In this document: positions 1 through 12,710 of the stretch, one piece after another
Layout of the letters: each line of letters opens with the position of its first letter
Numbering within the stretch: the first letter of the stretch is position 1
NCBI GenBank assembly: GCA_951804945.1
Contig: OX638151.1
Coordinates: 87,048,001-87,112,000, forward strand
Source of the DNA: Podarcis cretensis
Lineage: Eukaryota
Length of the DNA stretch: 64,000 nt
Direction of reading: 5' to 3'
The notes under the pieces: model-generated
Database searches by the model: none
What the model saw: the letters and a program-made list of their open reading frames with translations, nothing else
Told to the model about the DNA's origin: nothing
Translations under genes and position numbers: made by a program

Positions 1-266
1 CGGAGACACTTCCAGGTCACGTGGCCAGCGTGACATCGCTGCTCTGGCCAGAGCCAGAGCCGCACACGGAAACGCCGTTTACCTTCCCGCTGGTAAGCGG
101 TCCCTATTTATCTACTTGCACCTGGAGGTGCTTTCGAGCTGCTAGGTTGGCAGGCGCTGGGACCGAGCAGCGGGAGCGCACCCCGCCGCAGGGATTCGAA
201 CCGCCGACCTTTCGATCGGCAAGCCCTAGGCGCTGAGGCTTTAACCCACAGCGCCACCTGCGTCCC
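1..266 (-). mobile_element. Sauria SINE (young subfamily), 3' part cut by window edge
   Basis: Reverse complement of head GGGACGCAGGTGGCGCTGTGGGTTAAAGCC, with tRNA-like box B GGTTCGAATCCC. Near-identical to the copies at 41778 and 48957. Confidence 0.95.
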
Positions 267-1056
267 ATGGCCAAAAAGCTAGTGTGATGCAAATACTCCT
301 GGTGCTCCACCTGGTTTGTTTCCACTGTGCTGTCCACTCCTTGCACCTTCTGGTAAGCAACAGTGCCCCAACTGTTGGGAAGCTAGAGTGGCAACTTCGC
401 AAAATCCGGCGAGTCACTTCTGCTCAAAATGCTGGTAAGATCATAAGGGAGGTGTTGCTTGAGAGGCCCAGACTACTTGAGAAGGTCAAAATTGCCACCC
501 TGGACTTCAGAATATACTGGTAACAGAATGTTTCCAGATAGCTGTCATGCATTCTGGTCCACTCACACCTGCCACTAGATGGGTGGCTGCATTCTACATG
601 AGTTGAAGTTTCCAAGCAGTGTTCAAGGTAGCCCAAATTAAAGTGAATAACAGTTGTTTAAACCGAGAGTCACTGGAGTGAGCATCAGTGATAGTAACTA
701 GGTTCCTAGCTGCCGCTAATACATATTTCCTTTACATTATTTTTTTTTTGCACTGAACTCCACCTTCCATCACAACTGCCATAAGCAGCAAGAATACAGA
801 TGTAGCAAAGTCCTGCAAAGGGGGGGGGGGTAGCATTAGGGTTACACCCTTAGCATGTATGACCACTTTTTATTATGTTTATCATATGTAATTAAAAAAA
901 CAACAACATTTTACTTCTCTGCCACCTTGAGAGCTGTGTGGTATATGGCAACTCGTAAATAAAAATATTGGCAGATTTAAAACATTTGATTCCAAATAAA
1001 CAAACAACAATAGCTTACTTAAAACCAGCAGCTTAATATTGAATTCAGAAATATTA

Positions 1057-1110
1057 CATAGAATCGTAGAATTGTAGAGTTGGAAGGAAACCCAAGGGTC
1101 ATTTACTCCA
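1057..1110 (-). mobile_element. CR1 LINE 3' terminus fragment
   Basis: CATAGAATCGTAGAATTGTAGAGTTGGAAGG is the reverse complement of the CR1 3' UTR and its ATTCTRTG-type tail. Confidence 0.65.
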
Positions 1111-2245
1111 AAACAAGGGTGGACAAACAACAAGGATGCCTGTTTCAGAGTTCAGCTATAGCCAAAGTTATGTGAATGAGCCATTTGCTACAAACTTTCC
1201 CAAACTCATTTGTCAAAGAAAGAAAGAAAAAAACAACAACCATGAAAATCTCAGCGGGATTCCAGCCAGATATTTCTGAAACATTACAGCAGCAAGGAAC
1301 TTTTATTCTAAAGTTGTTGAGCATTTCCCCAAAGTAGAGACTAGGAGCTCTGCTGCATACTGAGGCAGCTGTAAAACTCTCTCCCACAAGGCTAGTGTCC
1401 CAGGGCACAGCAGCAGCAGCAGCTTCCAGAGTTTTCAATTTCTATGCTAGTGACTTTTTCTTTTTTTAAAAAAACCCCCATAAACTCTACATCCTTTGAA
1501 ACAAAAACATTTTATCAGTGGAAAAATGTGAATAAATCTCCTCCCCGATGATAAATCAGTAAAATAGATTTGGAAACTTCTAGATTGCAAAGTGCTCACA
1601 TAGCTTATCTAACTGTCAAACATTTTCTCCACAGAGCCTTTCAAAAATATTCGAACATGCGAAAGGGTTTCAACGTAATATGTTTACACATTCTCTCACC
1701 ATTGGAGAAAGCACTTCCCCATAGTATCTGAGGTTATCAACGTTAATCAGTGACACTTGCTTGACACATGATTGACCCATTTTAATGTAATTTTAAATAT
1801 GCTAGCTTTATAGCGTCACTCCCATAAAAAGATTTCCCCAAGATTTGATGCAAAAAGAGAGAGCACAAGGCATTATCTTAGCATGCACACAGGGTGCGAG
1901 CATTGCTTTCTCAGAAACATTTTAAAACATACATTGCATGTCTGGTGCTGTTCAGGTTTTCATAAACTGATTTTCTCCTCTCTTGGTGTAATAAAATAAA
2001 CTCTTACTCTCCAAAATAGTGGAATTATGTACCCAAAGGAAAAAAAAGATCTTATCTCCTCTTACGAATAGTACAATGTAATCTGAGGGTCATAAAAACA
2101 TAATTTAAATACTTTGCCTGGTGCAGTGGTTCAGCCCTACTTGTGTAACTGCAGCAGCCACTACTGGGTTTGTGGGAGAGGGAACTGTAAACAGTGGTCA
2201 TATAGACCTGCAACTCAGAGTAACAGTTCACAGCTACCCCACAGC

Positions 2246-2345
2246 CTATGACAGCTTATGCTATAATAAACTTTTTCGTCTTTAAGGTGCTACATGACTC
2301 TTTGTAGTTGTTTTCTGCATCAGATTAGCAAGGCTATGGCTCTGG
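2246..2345 (+). mobile_element. Degenerate Penelope-like pLTR relic (hammerhead 3' half plus tail)
   Basis: GACAGCTTATGCTATAATAAAC...GTCTTTAAGGTGCTAC...CAGATTAGCAAGGCTA is homologous to the 3' part of the pLTR at 15435-15502 and to the tail at 14391-14423. Confidence 0.7.
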
Positions 2346-2473
2346 CTCATGAGGAGAAACTCTGTTTTGCTCCTGTCCCCTGCCAAAACATTCTCCTTAC
2401 CTAAGCATCTGGGAATTTTACCCTCCCACCACCTCACAGGTTCTACAGGGAATTTCTTAACGTTATGATTCTA

Positions 2474-2656
2474 GGGTTGCTTCCAGATGACATATTCACT
2501 GATTTGTTTGCTTGGAGGTTAGATGACGCTGGTTGTTTATTGAACATGCATTGCAATACGTCCGTGGGGAGGTTATATGAGTTTTAATTGCATAATCTGA
2601 ATTTGCCATTATGTGGCTGAATCCCACCTGAAAACAGCTACAGCCTGGAAGCACCC
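2474..2656. mobile_element. MITE, PIF/Harbinger-like
   Basis: Terminal inverted repeats GGGTTGCTTCCAG / CTGGAAGCACCC flanked by CTA and TAG. Superfamily assignment is inference. Confidence 0.5.
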
Positions 2657-3362
2657 TAGAAGCAAAACACAAGACACTATAAAGTTACCTTCTTAAGAAA
2701 AAGGGTTTTCCAAAACCTCTGAATTTCCATTAAAAATTACAGGAGAGTAGCTGAATATTTGAAATGTCACCATGAATAAAGAGAAGGGAAATGGGCTCTA
2801 AAATGTTGGTGATATGCCTTGATTGAACTAAACCTTACCCAAGACATAGTCACTTTATTTTATAAAAAGCTATATGCAAGACTGACTTATGGTTCTGCAG
2901 CTAGTAGATTCTTCCACCTTGAGTCTACTTATTTTTGAACCAATTCAGGCAATAATATAATTAGAATGTTGGGCAAAACACTCACTTTCTAATAATAAAA
3001 GCTATTGGAGATAATTTAAATGCTTCTATAAATGTCAGCCTTGTTATATCATTAATTTTATATAACTTACCATATCTTTGGGTTTTCCCCCAATTAGGTG
3101 ATTAGAGTGCTTACATATTTTGTTTGCTGCAATGAAGAATAAAAGTAAAATTGACTAGATACAGCCAAAAAAAAAAATCTGCAGGAAAAATTGCTTCGGC
3201 AATTAAAACACAGAAGCCAGCAGTAAAACTGCCAGAGAAGTAATGTAATCTTAATGCTGAAAGAGTGAAAAACCATCAAGGAAAACAAGCAGAAATTAAA
3301 AGCTGAAAGAAATTAAAATGCAACTGGTAGCTGATCCTCCTCTTCTTTTTACTTTGTTTTAC

Positions 3363-3426
3363 TGCAGCAACCCAGTCAGATGGGTGGCGTACAAATTATT
3401 ATTATTAATTATTATTATTATTATTA
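3363..3426 (+). mobile_element. L2 3' terminal fragment with (ATT)n tail
   Basis: GCAACCCAGTCAGATGGGTGGCGTACAAAT(TAT)n matches the 3' end of the L2 at 12276-12710. Confidence 0.7.
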
Positions 3427-3429
3427 CAT

Positions 3430-3610
3430 AGCAGGCTGTCATGTATCTAAGTATCCAACCTCTGCTGAAAAACCTTCATGGAAGAAGAGCTTACCACTTC
3501 TTGTGGGAGTCTGTTCCACTGCTGAACAGCTCTTACTGTCAAAAAGTTCTTCCTGATGTTTAGTTAGAATCTCTTTTCTTGTATCTTGAATCCATTGGTT
3601 TAGGTCCTAG
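3430..3610 (-). mobile_element. CR1 LINE 3' ORF2 fragment
   Basis: GTTCCACTGCTGAACAGCTCTTACTGTCAAAAAGTTCTTCCTGATGTTTAG is a typical CR1 ORF2 end in reverse orientation. Confidence 0.75.
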
Positions 3611-3929
3611 GTGCATCAAGTACCACCTCTAATGACCTGTGGCCCTCAGACATCTCTTCAGATCTTTGTATAATTAGTATGAAGGTCTGAAAATAATTTT
3701 CAAGCACATTCAACTGAAAGTTTGTAGAAACACCTCCCACGATTCAAACCCTGAGAACCCAGGGTTCCAGCTTGCAGGAAGGGTTCTAAATATGTTCAAT
3801 GGAACACATTTAAAACCCTCTTTAGATCTTCACACCAATTGCATGAAGGTGTGAAGAGCAGCCTAGGCACATTGACAGCAGAGATGGTATGTGTATGAGT
3901 TCCACCCCATTTAACCTTCTGCATGTTCA

Positions 3930-4288
3930 GGACGCGGGTGGCGCTGTGGGTAAAACCTCAGCGCCTAGGACTTGCCGATCGCATGGTCGGCGGTTCGAAT
4001 CCCCGCGGCGGGGTGCGCTCCCGTCGTTCGGTCCCAGCACCTGCCAACCTAGCAGTTCGAAAGCACCCCCGGGTACAAGTAGATAAATAGGGACCGCTTA
4101 CCAGCGGGAAGGTAAACGGCGTTCCGTGTGCTGCGCTGGCTCGCCAGGTGCAGCTTGTCACACTGGCCATGTGACCCAGAAGTGTCTGCGGACAGCGCTG
4201 GCTCCCGGCCTATAGTGAGATGAGCGCACAACCCTAGAGTCTGGCAAGACTGGCCCGTACGGGCAGGGGTACCTTCACCTTTACCTTT
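3930..4288 (+). mobile_element. Sauria SINE, full length
   Basis: tRNA-like head with A and B boxes and an (ACCTTT)n tail. ATGTTCAG(GA) is duplicated at both ends. Confidence 0.95.
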
Positions 4289-4396
4289 ATGTTCAGGAAA
4301 CACAGTTATTATATCAACAGTAGCAGCAGTGCTCTTAATTCTTTGGTGTTCACAATTCCCCAAAAGGTTGAACTGTGTCGAACAACTGACAGCGAT

Positions 4397-4397
4397 G

Positions 4398-4443
<46 letters not shown>
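4397..4443. repeat. (ATT)n microsatellite
   Basis: Direct reading. Confidence 0.95.
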
Positions 4444-4949
4444 GATTTAGGTACCTTTATGAGTTAAGAAACTTTGATCGGGCTAGTAATACTGATATGC
4501 ACCACCCAATCAGACGATAATGAAGAGAAGGCAGCTGAGCTGTGATCAAAGAAGTGATCAAAGAAACAGCATGACAATACTACAAAATATCACATACTAG
4601 GACTTTTCTTTTGGGATCATTTGACTTCAGTTTATCTGAGAGACAGAGCTATTTGTACAGATGAAGGGATAGACTTAACCACATCAAATAGGGATTACAT
4701 AACTATGAGCTCTGTATCAACCTAATGTACTAAAGCTTTGTGGCTAGATATACATGATATATATAGTATTCTCACATTCCATTCCTTTGAACAGATGTTC
4801 TTTGGGGAATTATATTTGGGTAGCCAGATGTTTCCCAACCCCCCCCCCCAATCCATGAAGTACCCCTCCACAAACCTTCTGACTTTTCCTTTCAGAAAAT
4901 CCAGTTCACTTTGCAGCTTCCTTTGTTTACCGCATGCACAAAACTAGGC

Positions 4950-5062
4950 ATTGGGTAGTATTCAACCAAGTCTTATTCAGAGTAGATCAACTAAAATGAC
5001 TATGACTAAGTTAGGTACGCTAATTTCAATGAGTCTACTCTGAGTAAAACAAGTTACACTAC
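4950..5062. repeat. Ancient palindromic MITE-like element (related copies near 31180-31282 and 55605-55670)
   Basis: Inverted arms ATTCAGAGTAGA ... TCTACTCTGAGTA. Confidence 0.5.
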
Positions 5063-5109
5063 AGGTACATTTAGCAGCCTCACAGGAGGTTGAGGAGAGG
5101 CTGAATGGA

Positions 5110-5265
5110 GACCCAGGTTCTATCGCTGTCATCTCCAGTTAAATTAAAAGGATCTTGTAACAAGGGAAAGACCCAGATGCAGGAAATCTACTGCCAGTCA
5201 GAGTAGATAATATTAAACTAGACAGCCAATTGGTCTGATCTACTCTAAGGCAGCTTCTTACGCTC
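5110..5265 (+). mobile_element. Old SINE family ending ...TGGTCTGACTCAGTATAAGGCAGCTTC (related copies near 17475-17675, 21270-21420, 43605-43650, and 60300-60495 on minus)
   Basis: Shared 3' motif across five sites. A tRNA-like head is visible in the 17475 and 60495 copies. Confidence 0.6.
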
Positions 5266-5899
5266 CTGTGCAAGCAAAGTAGGCCACATGAAGTTCCCAA
5301 AACCAACCATTGGACGCTTTACCCAAAAACTACATGTAACTTGCACACAGTTGCATTGGGAATGTGATTTGGAGTGAAGCCACTAATTAAACCCTTTTCA
5401 CAATTGGTAGGGAAAATAAGATGACTAATTAAGGAGCAGTTCATCACTATTATCCCAGTCAGTCTGAACAGAAAGCAAACAAAGTTTCTAATTAAAGGTA
5501 CAATAGACCTGAAAAGCCTCAAAAACATTTTGCTGGCCCACAATGCATTTTTAAGTGAAAAGTTTCACTGCAACCAGGTTGGAAAATAGATAGTAGGACA
5601 ACTTAAAAACCAAACATTAGGATGCAGTGAGTTGGCAACAAGCTTTCTAAAATCTCTGTCCCAGTTGGTATCTGTCCTGGATTTGAATTGATTTTACATA
5701 TGTGCTCTAGCTTTAAGCTGTTCCCATATTTAAAACTGTTTTATATACAAATGTTTTTAACTGTTTTTTATATTTGCAACTGTTTATATGTCACTATATT
5801 GTAAATTGCTTGAGATGCCTCATGGGAAGTGATTCATAAATGAAATAAATAATAGTCTGGATTCCCTGTAAGAAGTGAGTAAATGAAGAATAGAAATTG

Positions 5900-6300
5900 C
5901 GAGCTAAATGGTTTGTGTGAGACCGAGCTTTTATTCTGTGTTATCTTATAGGCTGAATTTGAGGGTTTTCCAGTACTACCTTTCAGTGACAATATAATAG
6001 GAACTACAGTGATAATCTAACTATGTGTATGACAATGCCACCCTCCACATACTTCCTGTGATGCCAAATCCTGGATTTCTGCCATGCTGCAGTTTGAAAA
6101 AATGTGCCGCTTGGTATATATCTCTCCACATAAACTGCAACTCCATCCCTGAGAGTGAACCAAAGTTGGCAGAAGATCATGTTCTGCACTTAAGCAAAAT
6201 ATATTCTTTACTATCCATTTTCCATTGTTCCAGCCAAGAATGTTAGGAAGCCCTCTTTTCCCCTCCAGTTCCCTTGCTCCTTACATACAACTTTAATTCT
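5900..6300 (-). pseudogene. Possible highly decayed L1 ORF2 C-terminal (Cys-rich) remnant
   Basis: Frameshifted translation C-S-L-C...GTFFQ..W...IW resembles the L1 CxxC...GTFFHMxW motif. Confidence 0.3.
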
Positions 6301-6619
6301 TTCCTTCCTTTCTGTTTTACTCGAGAAGATCATATCTCATCTTACTCCTGTGATGGCTGCTCCCCAAATGCTGTTTTCCCTTATCCCCCTATCAATTTTC
6401 CTCCAATAGTTACTCTTAAGCCCCATAATCTTTTAATTTATGTCTTCTCTACTGGTTAGGCTGATTTACAGTTAAATGCTCTTTGCTGTTTGCAGTCACT
6501 GCAATCCTTGAGTTTCATAGTCAACTTGTATTATAACTTACATCAAAAACAGCGATAAAAAACACAGATTGCTTCCTTATAGCTAGTTTGTTTTTATCAG
6601 ATTCCCCAGCACCAGCACC

Positions 6620-6664
<45 letters not shown>
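6620..6664. repeat. (CA)n microsatellite
   Basis: Direct reading. Confidence 0.95.
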
Positions 6665-6669
<5 letters not shown>

Positions 6670-6830
6670 GACACATGAAATATATTCCTGAGTTAGGTTT
6701 TCTTCAAACTTTTTTCCACTGGGCTGTAAGACATAATGGCTCCAATGAACACCAACAGATTTAATTTAAAGTTCATGGTAGATACATGAACACGAGAGAA
6801 TTTTAACCATGCCTGTCCTTAACATATATC

Positions 6831-6940
6831 ATAGACTCTTGTCTATGAAAGCTCATGCCATAGTAAGGTCTTTAAGGTGCCGTAAGATTCTTTGTTATTG
6901 TTGCTGCAACAACAGGCTAACTTTGCCACCCTTCTGGAAA
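6831..6940 (+). mobile_element. Penelope-like pLTR relic with partial hammerhead (stem II plus GAAAGCTCA)
   Basis: ATAGAC-TCTT-GTCTAT hairpin followed by GAAAGCTCATGCC...GTCTTTAAGGTGCC...GCTAAC. The CTGANGA box is lost. Confidence 0.75.
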
Positions 6941-7828
6941 GTCTAACTTATCTACATAAAAGGTAAGAATGTTTTGTCTTGTCAGCTGGAGGATTAGGAT
7001 GAAAAAAATGAAAAAAATGTCTTTTCCCACCCACAATCAGGGCTTTGGTTTGGATCCTAAGTTAATTTAATAAGCTTCTGCTCTTCCCCTCTGTAGTCAT
7101 CTTTCCTCCCTGAAAATACTATTTGAAGAATTTGGAGCCATCCTGAAAAGAGAAGGCACCAGGTTTGAGGAGGCCCTGGGGAAATTGGCTTGGTGCAGCT
7201 TCAAAAAAATACCATCCTGGTAGGGGGTCAGGGAAATTTAGATTATGGCTGTGTCTGCAGCCACTTTGCTTGCCCCTCTTGTAGCTTGCCCCCTTGTGTC
7301 CACCTTCAACTGCCCCCCTCCCAAAAAAACCCACTTACCAGACCACGTGGAGATAGTCACTCCCAGCACTCAGCAGAGAAGTATTGAATAAAAGAACTAA
7401 AGCAGCTGACACCATCTTTCAATAAATGGGAATGCCTCTGATCCCCAGCAAGGGGCCTACAGGTAGTGTAGCAATGCTGATGGTGATTACAGGTGCCTCA
7501 GCCAGTGCTTCTCTTCAGCATGACAAGGCAATTCTTTCAAAGTGTGTGACATCAACAACTCCACTGCTCTTCAAGTAAACCCCCGGCAATTTGCCGTATC
7601 ATGGTGGATGCTGATGCCATGCCTGCTCTTGAATGATGTGAGCTGGGGTGCAGGGGCTGCGCCACTTAATTTTGGGCAGTCTTCCCCTCCCTGAGTAGAT
7701 CCCTGTATGTCATCCATGGAGGGGTGCATTTGGCTGCTAGGGTGGAGAAAAAGGAATTGGACACCTTCACTTGTATGAATTCCCTTCAGTTATTTTGTAA
7801 TGTCACAGTATTTGAGGTCCCACTAGGC

Positions 7829-8380
7829 CAGGCATAGGCAAACTCGGCCCTCCAGATGTTTTGGGACTACAATTCCCATCATCCCTAGCTAACAGGACCA
7901 GTGGTTAGACCACGGCCTAGGACCCTCATATCTATGGGACCACCTCTCCTGGTATGCCCCACAGAGAGCCTCAAGGTCCATAAATAGCAACACCCTAGTG
8001 GTACCGGGCCCTAAGGAAGTTAGATTAGCTTCAACCAGAGCCAGGGCCTTTTCAACACTGGCTCCGGCCTGGTGGAACACTCTGTCTCATGAGACCAGGG
8101 CTCTACAGGATCTGATTTCTTTCCGCAGGGCCTGTAAGACAGAGTTGTTCTGCCTGGCCTTTGGCTTGGAGCCAATTTTATTCCCTCCCCTCCCCCTCTT
8201 TCTTTTTCCTTTTTCCTTTCTCCTCCTGTGATGAGGCTGCATTTTAATATTTTAATGTTTCAATATTTTAATGTTGTATTTTAATCTTGTTTTTAAGTTG
8301 TATTCATTCAACTTGTTTTTATTATTGCTTGTTAGCCGCCCTGAGCCCATCCTTGGCTGGGGAGGGCGGGGTATAAATAA

Positions 8381-8430
<50 letters not shown>

Positions 8431-8462
8431 AACATCTGGAGGGCTGAGTTTGCCTATGCCTG
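7829..8462. mobile_element. hAT-type MITE interrupted by an L2
   Basis: TIRs CAGGCATAGGCAAACTCGGCCCTCCAGATGTTTT / AAAACATCTGGAGGGCTGAGTTTGCCTATGCCTG. 8-bp TSD CACTAGGC (7821-7828) / CACTAGGT (8463-8470). Confidence 0.85.
7911..8428 (+). mobile_element. 5'-truncated L2 LINE (same subfamily as 11017-12774) with (ATT)n tail
   Basis: Translation VPGPKEVRLASTRARAFSTLAPAWWN...FRRACKTELF is nearly identical to ORF 11254-12039. The 3' UTR also matches. Confidence 0.92.
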
Positions 8463-9194
8463 CACTAGGTAAATAACTTTAATAATGATTAAGCAAATTT
8501 TAAATGAATGGTCATTTAAGGTTAATCTGGCTGCGAAATCTAGCAGATAACTGACAAACATGGGCTGTTATCATTCTTTTGCTTTCAGTAACTTTATACA
8601 ACCCTGTGAGCTTCTTCTGAGGATCTGAGATTTATATCATTTTTATGAAGAAGTTGGCTCTGTGTTCCTGACTGGTCAACTTAATTTCTAATACAGATAA
8701 AGGCTCACATCAGTGTCCAAACTGATGACAGTCTGAAAACTGTAAGGCAATGCTGCAAGTAAAATCATGGCATAAAATTGCTGAGTCAGTGCCAGCGTTC
8801 CACCGGCTTCAAAATTGCAATAAAAATGAAACTCTTGAGGCCAAAAACTGTCATGATATGTTGCTTTAAATAGATCAAAATGGAAGCTGTTAAGAATACC
8901 AATCCAAAAATAATACTATAGCAGGCTCATGGAGACCTTGGTACTAAGAACCACTATTTATTTATCTATGCATAATACCCACCCTGTAAATGGCTTGAAA
9001 AGAAACAAAGGCAGTATCCAATTTAACAAGCACACAAACGAAAAAAAGGACAGATTTGTAACAGTTGGGCATTAATGTTGTCAAGAATAAAATAAAAATT
9101 GGGATCAGTCATTGATTATTTATCCCAGTATCCTAGGTGCAGCCTGATACCTTAAACAGCTAGCAGAGACCAATTCAGTCTGCAGTTTCCATAT

Positions 9195-9915
9195 TCAATT
9201 CATTGATTAAGGATCAATGAATCTGTCACTTTCAGTTTCTCTATTTTCCCATCTTAAGTTCAGATCTCCACATTTCATATCAGTTTTCTACTTGTTTTTT
9301 TAAATAATAAACCACCAGCATTTTATTGTATTTCTCATAATAAATACATGCTTGTCTGCAATATTGTCTATTATCTACATACAGTGGTGCCTCGCAAGAC
9401 GAAAAGAATTGTTCCGCGAGTCTCTTCGTCTAGCGGTTTTTTTGTCTTGCGAAGCAAGCCCATTGACGGCTTATCGGATTAGCGCTATTAGCAGTTTAGC
9501 GGCTTTTAGCGGCTTATCGGATAAGCGGCTTAGCGGCTTAGAAAAAGGGGGGGAAAGGAAAAAAACCCCGCAGGAACTCGCAAGACATTTTCGTCTTGCG
9601 AAGCAAGCCGAAATTCGTTTTGCGAAGCACCTCCAAAACGGAAAACTCTTTCGTCTAGCGAGTTTTCCGTCTTGTGAGGCATTTGTCTTGCGGGGCACCA
9701 CTGTATTTGCAAAGCAATCTTCCCTAATATAATGCATATTTGTATGATGTTTTACCCTAGTATACGCATTTTTGTACCCTGGAGAGTTGCATTGCAAAAT
9801 TCAAAGAAGTGTGAATTTCAAAGAATGGTTGTGTTTTGGTTTGTGTATTATTTTGGAAACTGCAAATTAGGTAGAATTGCCTTTAAATGTGAACGTAATT
9901 TATCCTGCATCCCTA
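9195..9915. mobile_element. Old unclassified dispersed repeat (related inverted copy near 48470-48780), host of the Tigger MITE
   Basis: The sequence flanking the MITE matches the reverse complement of 48470-48780. Confidence 0.5.
9382..9703. mobile_element. Tc1/mariner (Tigger/pogo-like) MITE, young
   Basis: TA TSD. TIRs CAGTGGTGCCTCGCAAGAC / GTCTTGCGGGGCACCACTG. CpG-rich, with repeated TCGTCTTGCGAAG motifs. Confidence 0.9.
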
Positions 9916-11014
9916 TTGGCATTGCTTCCAAACAACCTCTTTATCGAGCATTCATCCTCAATGATATAGAGTGAAAGAAGGTTTCAGAAGAGTTGTGCTT
10001 AAGGAAGCAGAGAGGCTTCAGCAAGCAGGGAGCTGGAACTCTAAAGCCAGCATAGTGGTCCTGATACAAATGAAAGTGTCTTTTCAGAAAGAAGACCTTA
10101 TTGTGGCTGAGCATTCGTCACTAAGTGCTGAACCTGAGAAAAGACTTTACTAGAGAAACCAACCCTGCTCTGTGAGTCCCGGCTTGCATAGATAGAAGAG
10201 GAATTAATGCCATTCTTTTAAACAGAGGGTTAACTAGATGATGATGACTTATATATTCCTTAGTAGCTATGCAAAGTTTAAATAAGGCATAATTTGCAAC
10301 TGATGTTGGAAACGATTTCTTCCATACACCGTGGAGCTGTGAAAAGGTAAAGTAATACTGTGCAAAGCTTATTAAAAATATTGAAACTGCGATTGGTTAT
10401 TCATTGCCTTTGAAATCTATAGTAATACTTCTGGGTAGTATGAAATATTAGAACAATGCATTTTAGTAGGGAATTTATTAATAGCTGCAAGAATGTTACT
10501 AGCTGCAAAATGACATATACCCACTATTCCTACAATAAAACATTGTATATTACAATGAAGTCTAAATTAACATAAATGATAGGATTGAGGGAAGGGAGAC
10601 AGAACAAAGAACACTTTGAAAAATCTTGTTCCCCTTTTACAACATTTATGAAATAAAATATTAAACTGACACCCGCTCTGGATTCCCCTCTGGCTTCCCC
10701 CCTCTCCCCAGGAAGGAAGAGGGGAAGTGGGAGTCCTGCTTCCCCATCTGGAGCAGCCACATCATGAGAAAGGGGTGTATCTGTTTCCTCCAGCCCCTGT
10801 TTCCCAGTCTAACTTCCCAATGTCATCATCCTGTTCCCCCACATCTGTCTCAGCCTGCCATGCCATCCCTGAGACTGTTGGCACCTTGGGACTCATGGCA
10901 ATAAGGTACTTTGTTTATTTGATACATTTAATCAATTTAAAAGTAAGTAAGATATAACAAGGGATGGCGGGTGGCACTGTGGGTTAAACCACAGAGCCTA
11001 GGACTTGCCGATCA

Positions 11015-11055
<41 letters not shown>

Positions 11056-11253
11056 TTTTTTTATTTATACCCCGCCCTCCCCAGCCAAGGACGGGCTCAG
11101 AGCGGCTTACAAGCAATAATAAAAACAAGATGAATGATTACAACTTAAAAACAAAATTAAAATACAACATTAAAATATTGAAACATTAAAATATTAAAAT
11201 GTAGCCTCATCGCAGGAGGAGAAGGAAAGGAAAAAAGAAAGAGAGGGAGGGAA

Positions 11254-12275
11254 TTAAATTGGCTCCAAGCCAAAGGCCAGGTGGAACAACTCTGTCTTAC
11301 AGGCCCTGCGGAAAGAAATCAGATCCTGCAGGGCCCTGGTCTCATGAGGCAGAGCGTTCCACCAGGCCGGAGCCAGAGTTGAAAAGGCCCTGGCTCTGGT
11401 TGAAGCCAATCTAACTTCCTTAGGGCCTGGGACCACTACGGTGTTGCTATTTATGGACCTTGAGGCTCTCCGTGGGGCATACCAGGAGAGGTGGTCCCGT
11501 AGGTATGAGGGTCCTAGGCCATGAAGGGCTCTAAAGGTCAAAAGCAGCACCTTAAATCTGACCCTGTACTCCACCGGGAGCCAGTGCAGCTTGAAAAACA
11601 CTGGGTGAATATGCTGCCATGGCAGAGACCCTGTGAGGAGCCTCGCTGCAGCATTCTGTACCCGCTGGAGTTTCTGGGACAGCTTCAAGGGCAGCCCTGC
11701 GTAGAGCGAATTACAGTAGTCAAGCCTGGAGATGACCGTCGCATGGATCACCGTGGCCAGGTCGGGGCAGGAAAGGTAAGGGACCAACTGCTTGATGCGG
11801 CAAAGGTGGAAAAATGTCGCCTTGGCTGTTGCTGTAACTTGCGCCTCCATGGAAAGGGAGGCGTCAAGGATTACACCCAAACTCTTAACGGAAGGCAATG
11901 GCACTAATTGGGCCCCCGCAAGAGAAGGGAGTTGGTCCCTCATCCCATGCCATCCAGACCTAGCCATAGGACCTCTGTCTTCGAAGGATTTAGTTTCAAT
12001 CGGCTCCCACGAAACCATCCAGCCACAGCTTCCAAGCATCTGGTCAGTGTGTTCGGGGCCGAGTCAGTGTGGCCATCCATCAGCAGATAGAGCTGAGTGT
12101 CATCAGCATATTGGTGACAGCCCAGCCCAAAGCTCCGGATAATCTGGGCAAGGGGGCGCATAAAGATGTTAAAAAGCATCGGGGAGAGAATTGCACCCTG
12201 CGGCACTCCACACACCAAGGAGTGGCGCGACGGCATTTCCCTCCCTAGTGCCACCCTCTGTCCCCGACCAGAGAT
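11254..12275 (-). pseudogene. L2 ORF2 reverse transcriptase C-terminal half (one frameshift near 11945)
   Basis: ORFs 11940-12254 (YADD) and 11254-12039 overlap in different frames. Confidence 0.9.
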
Positions 12276-12279
12276 GATG

Positions 12280-12323
<44 letters not shown>

Positions 12324-12710
12324 TTATTATTTGTACCCCGCCCATCTGGCTGGGTTTCCCCAGCCACTCTGGGCGGCTTCCATAAAAACCAGAAATACAC
12401 TAAAATATCACAGATTAAAAACTTCCCTGAACAGGGCTGCCTTAAGATGTCTTCTGAATGTCAGGTAGTTATTTATCGCTTTGACATCTGATGGGAGGGC
12501 GTTCCACAGGGCGGGTGCCACTACCGAGAAGGCCCTCTGCCTGGTTCCCTGTAGCTTTGCTTCTCGTAATGAGGGAACCACCAGAAGGCCCTCGGCGCTG
12601 GACCTCAGCGTCCGGGCAGAACGATGGGGGTGGAGACGCTCCTTCAGGTATACTGGGCCGAGGCCGTTTAGGGCTTTAAAGGTCAACACCAGCACTTTGA
12701 ATTGTGCTCG
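12276..12710 (-). mobile_element. Second L2 subfamily, 3' fragment nested in the first L2
   Basis: RAQFKVLVLTFKALNGLGPVYLKERL...FRRHLKAALF, its own (AAT)n tail, and GAGAT duplicated at 12271-12275 and 12711-12715. Confidence 0.92.

Noticed and set aside
284-523. 79-aa ORF with a hydrophobic, signal-like N-terminus
   Set aside because: No promoter, splice or homology support. The length is within chance expectation.
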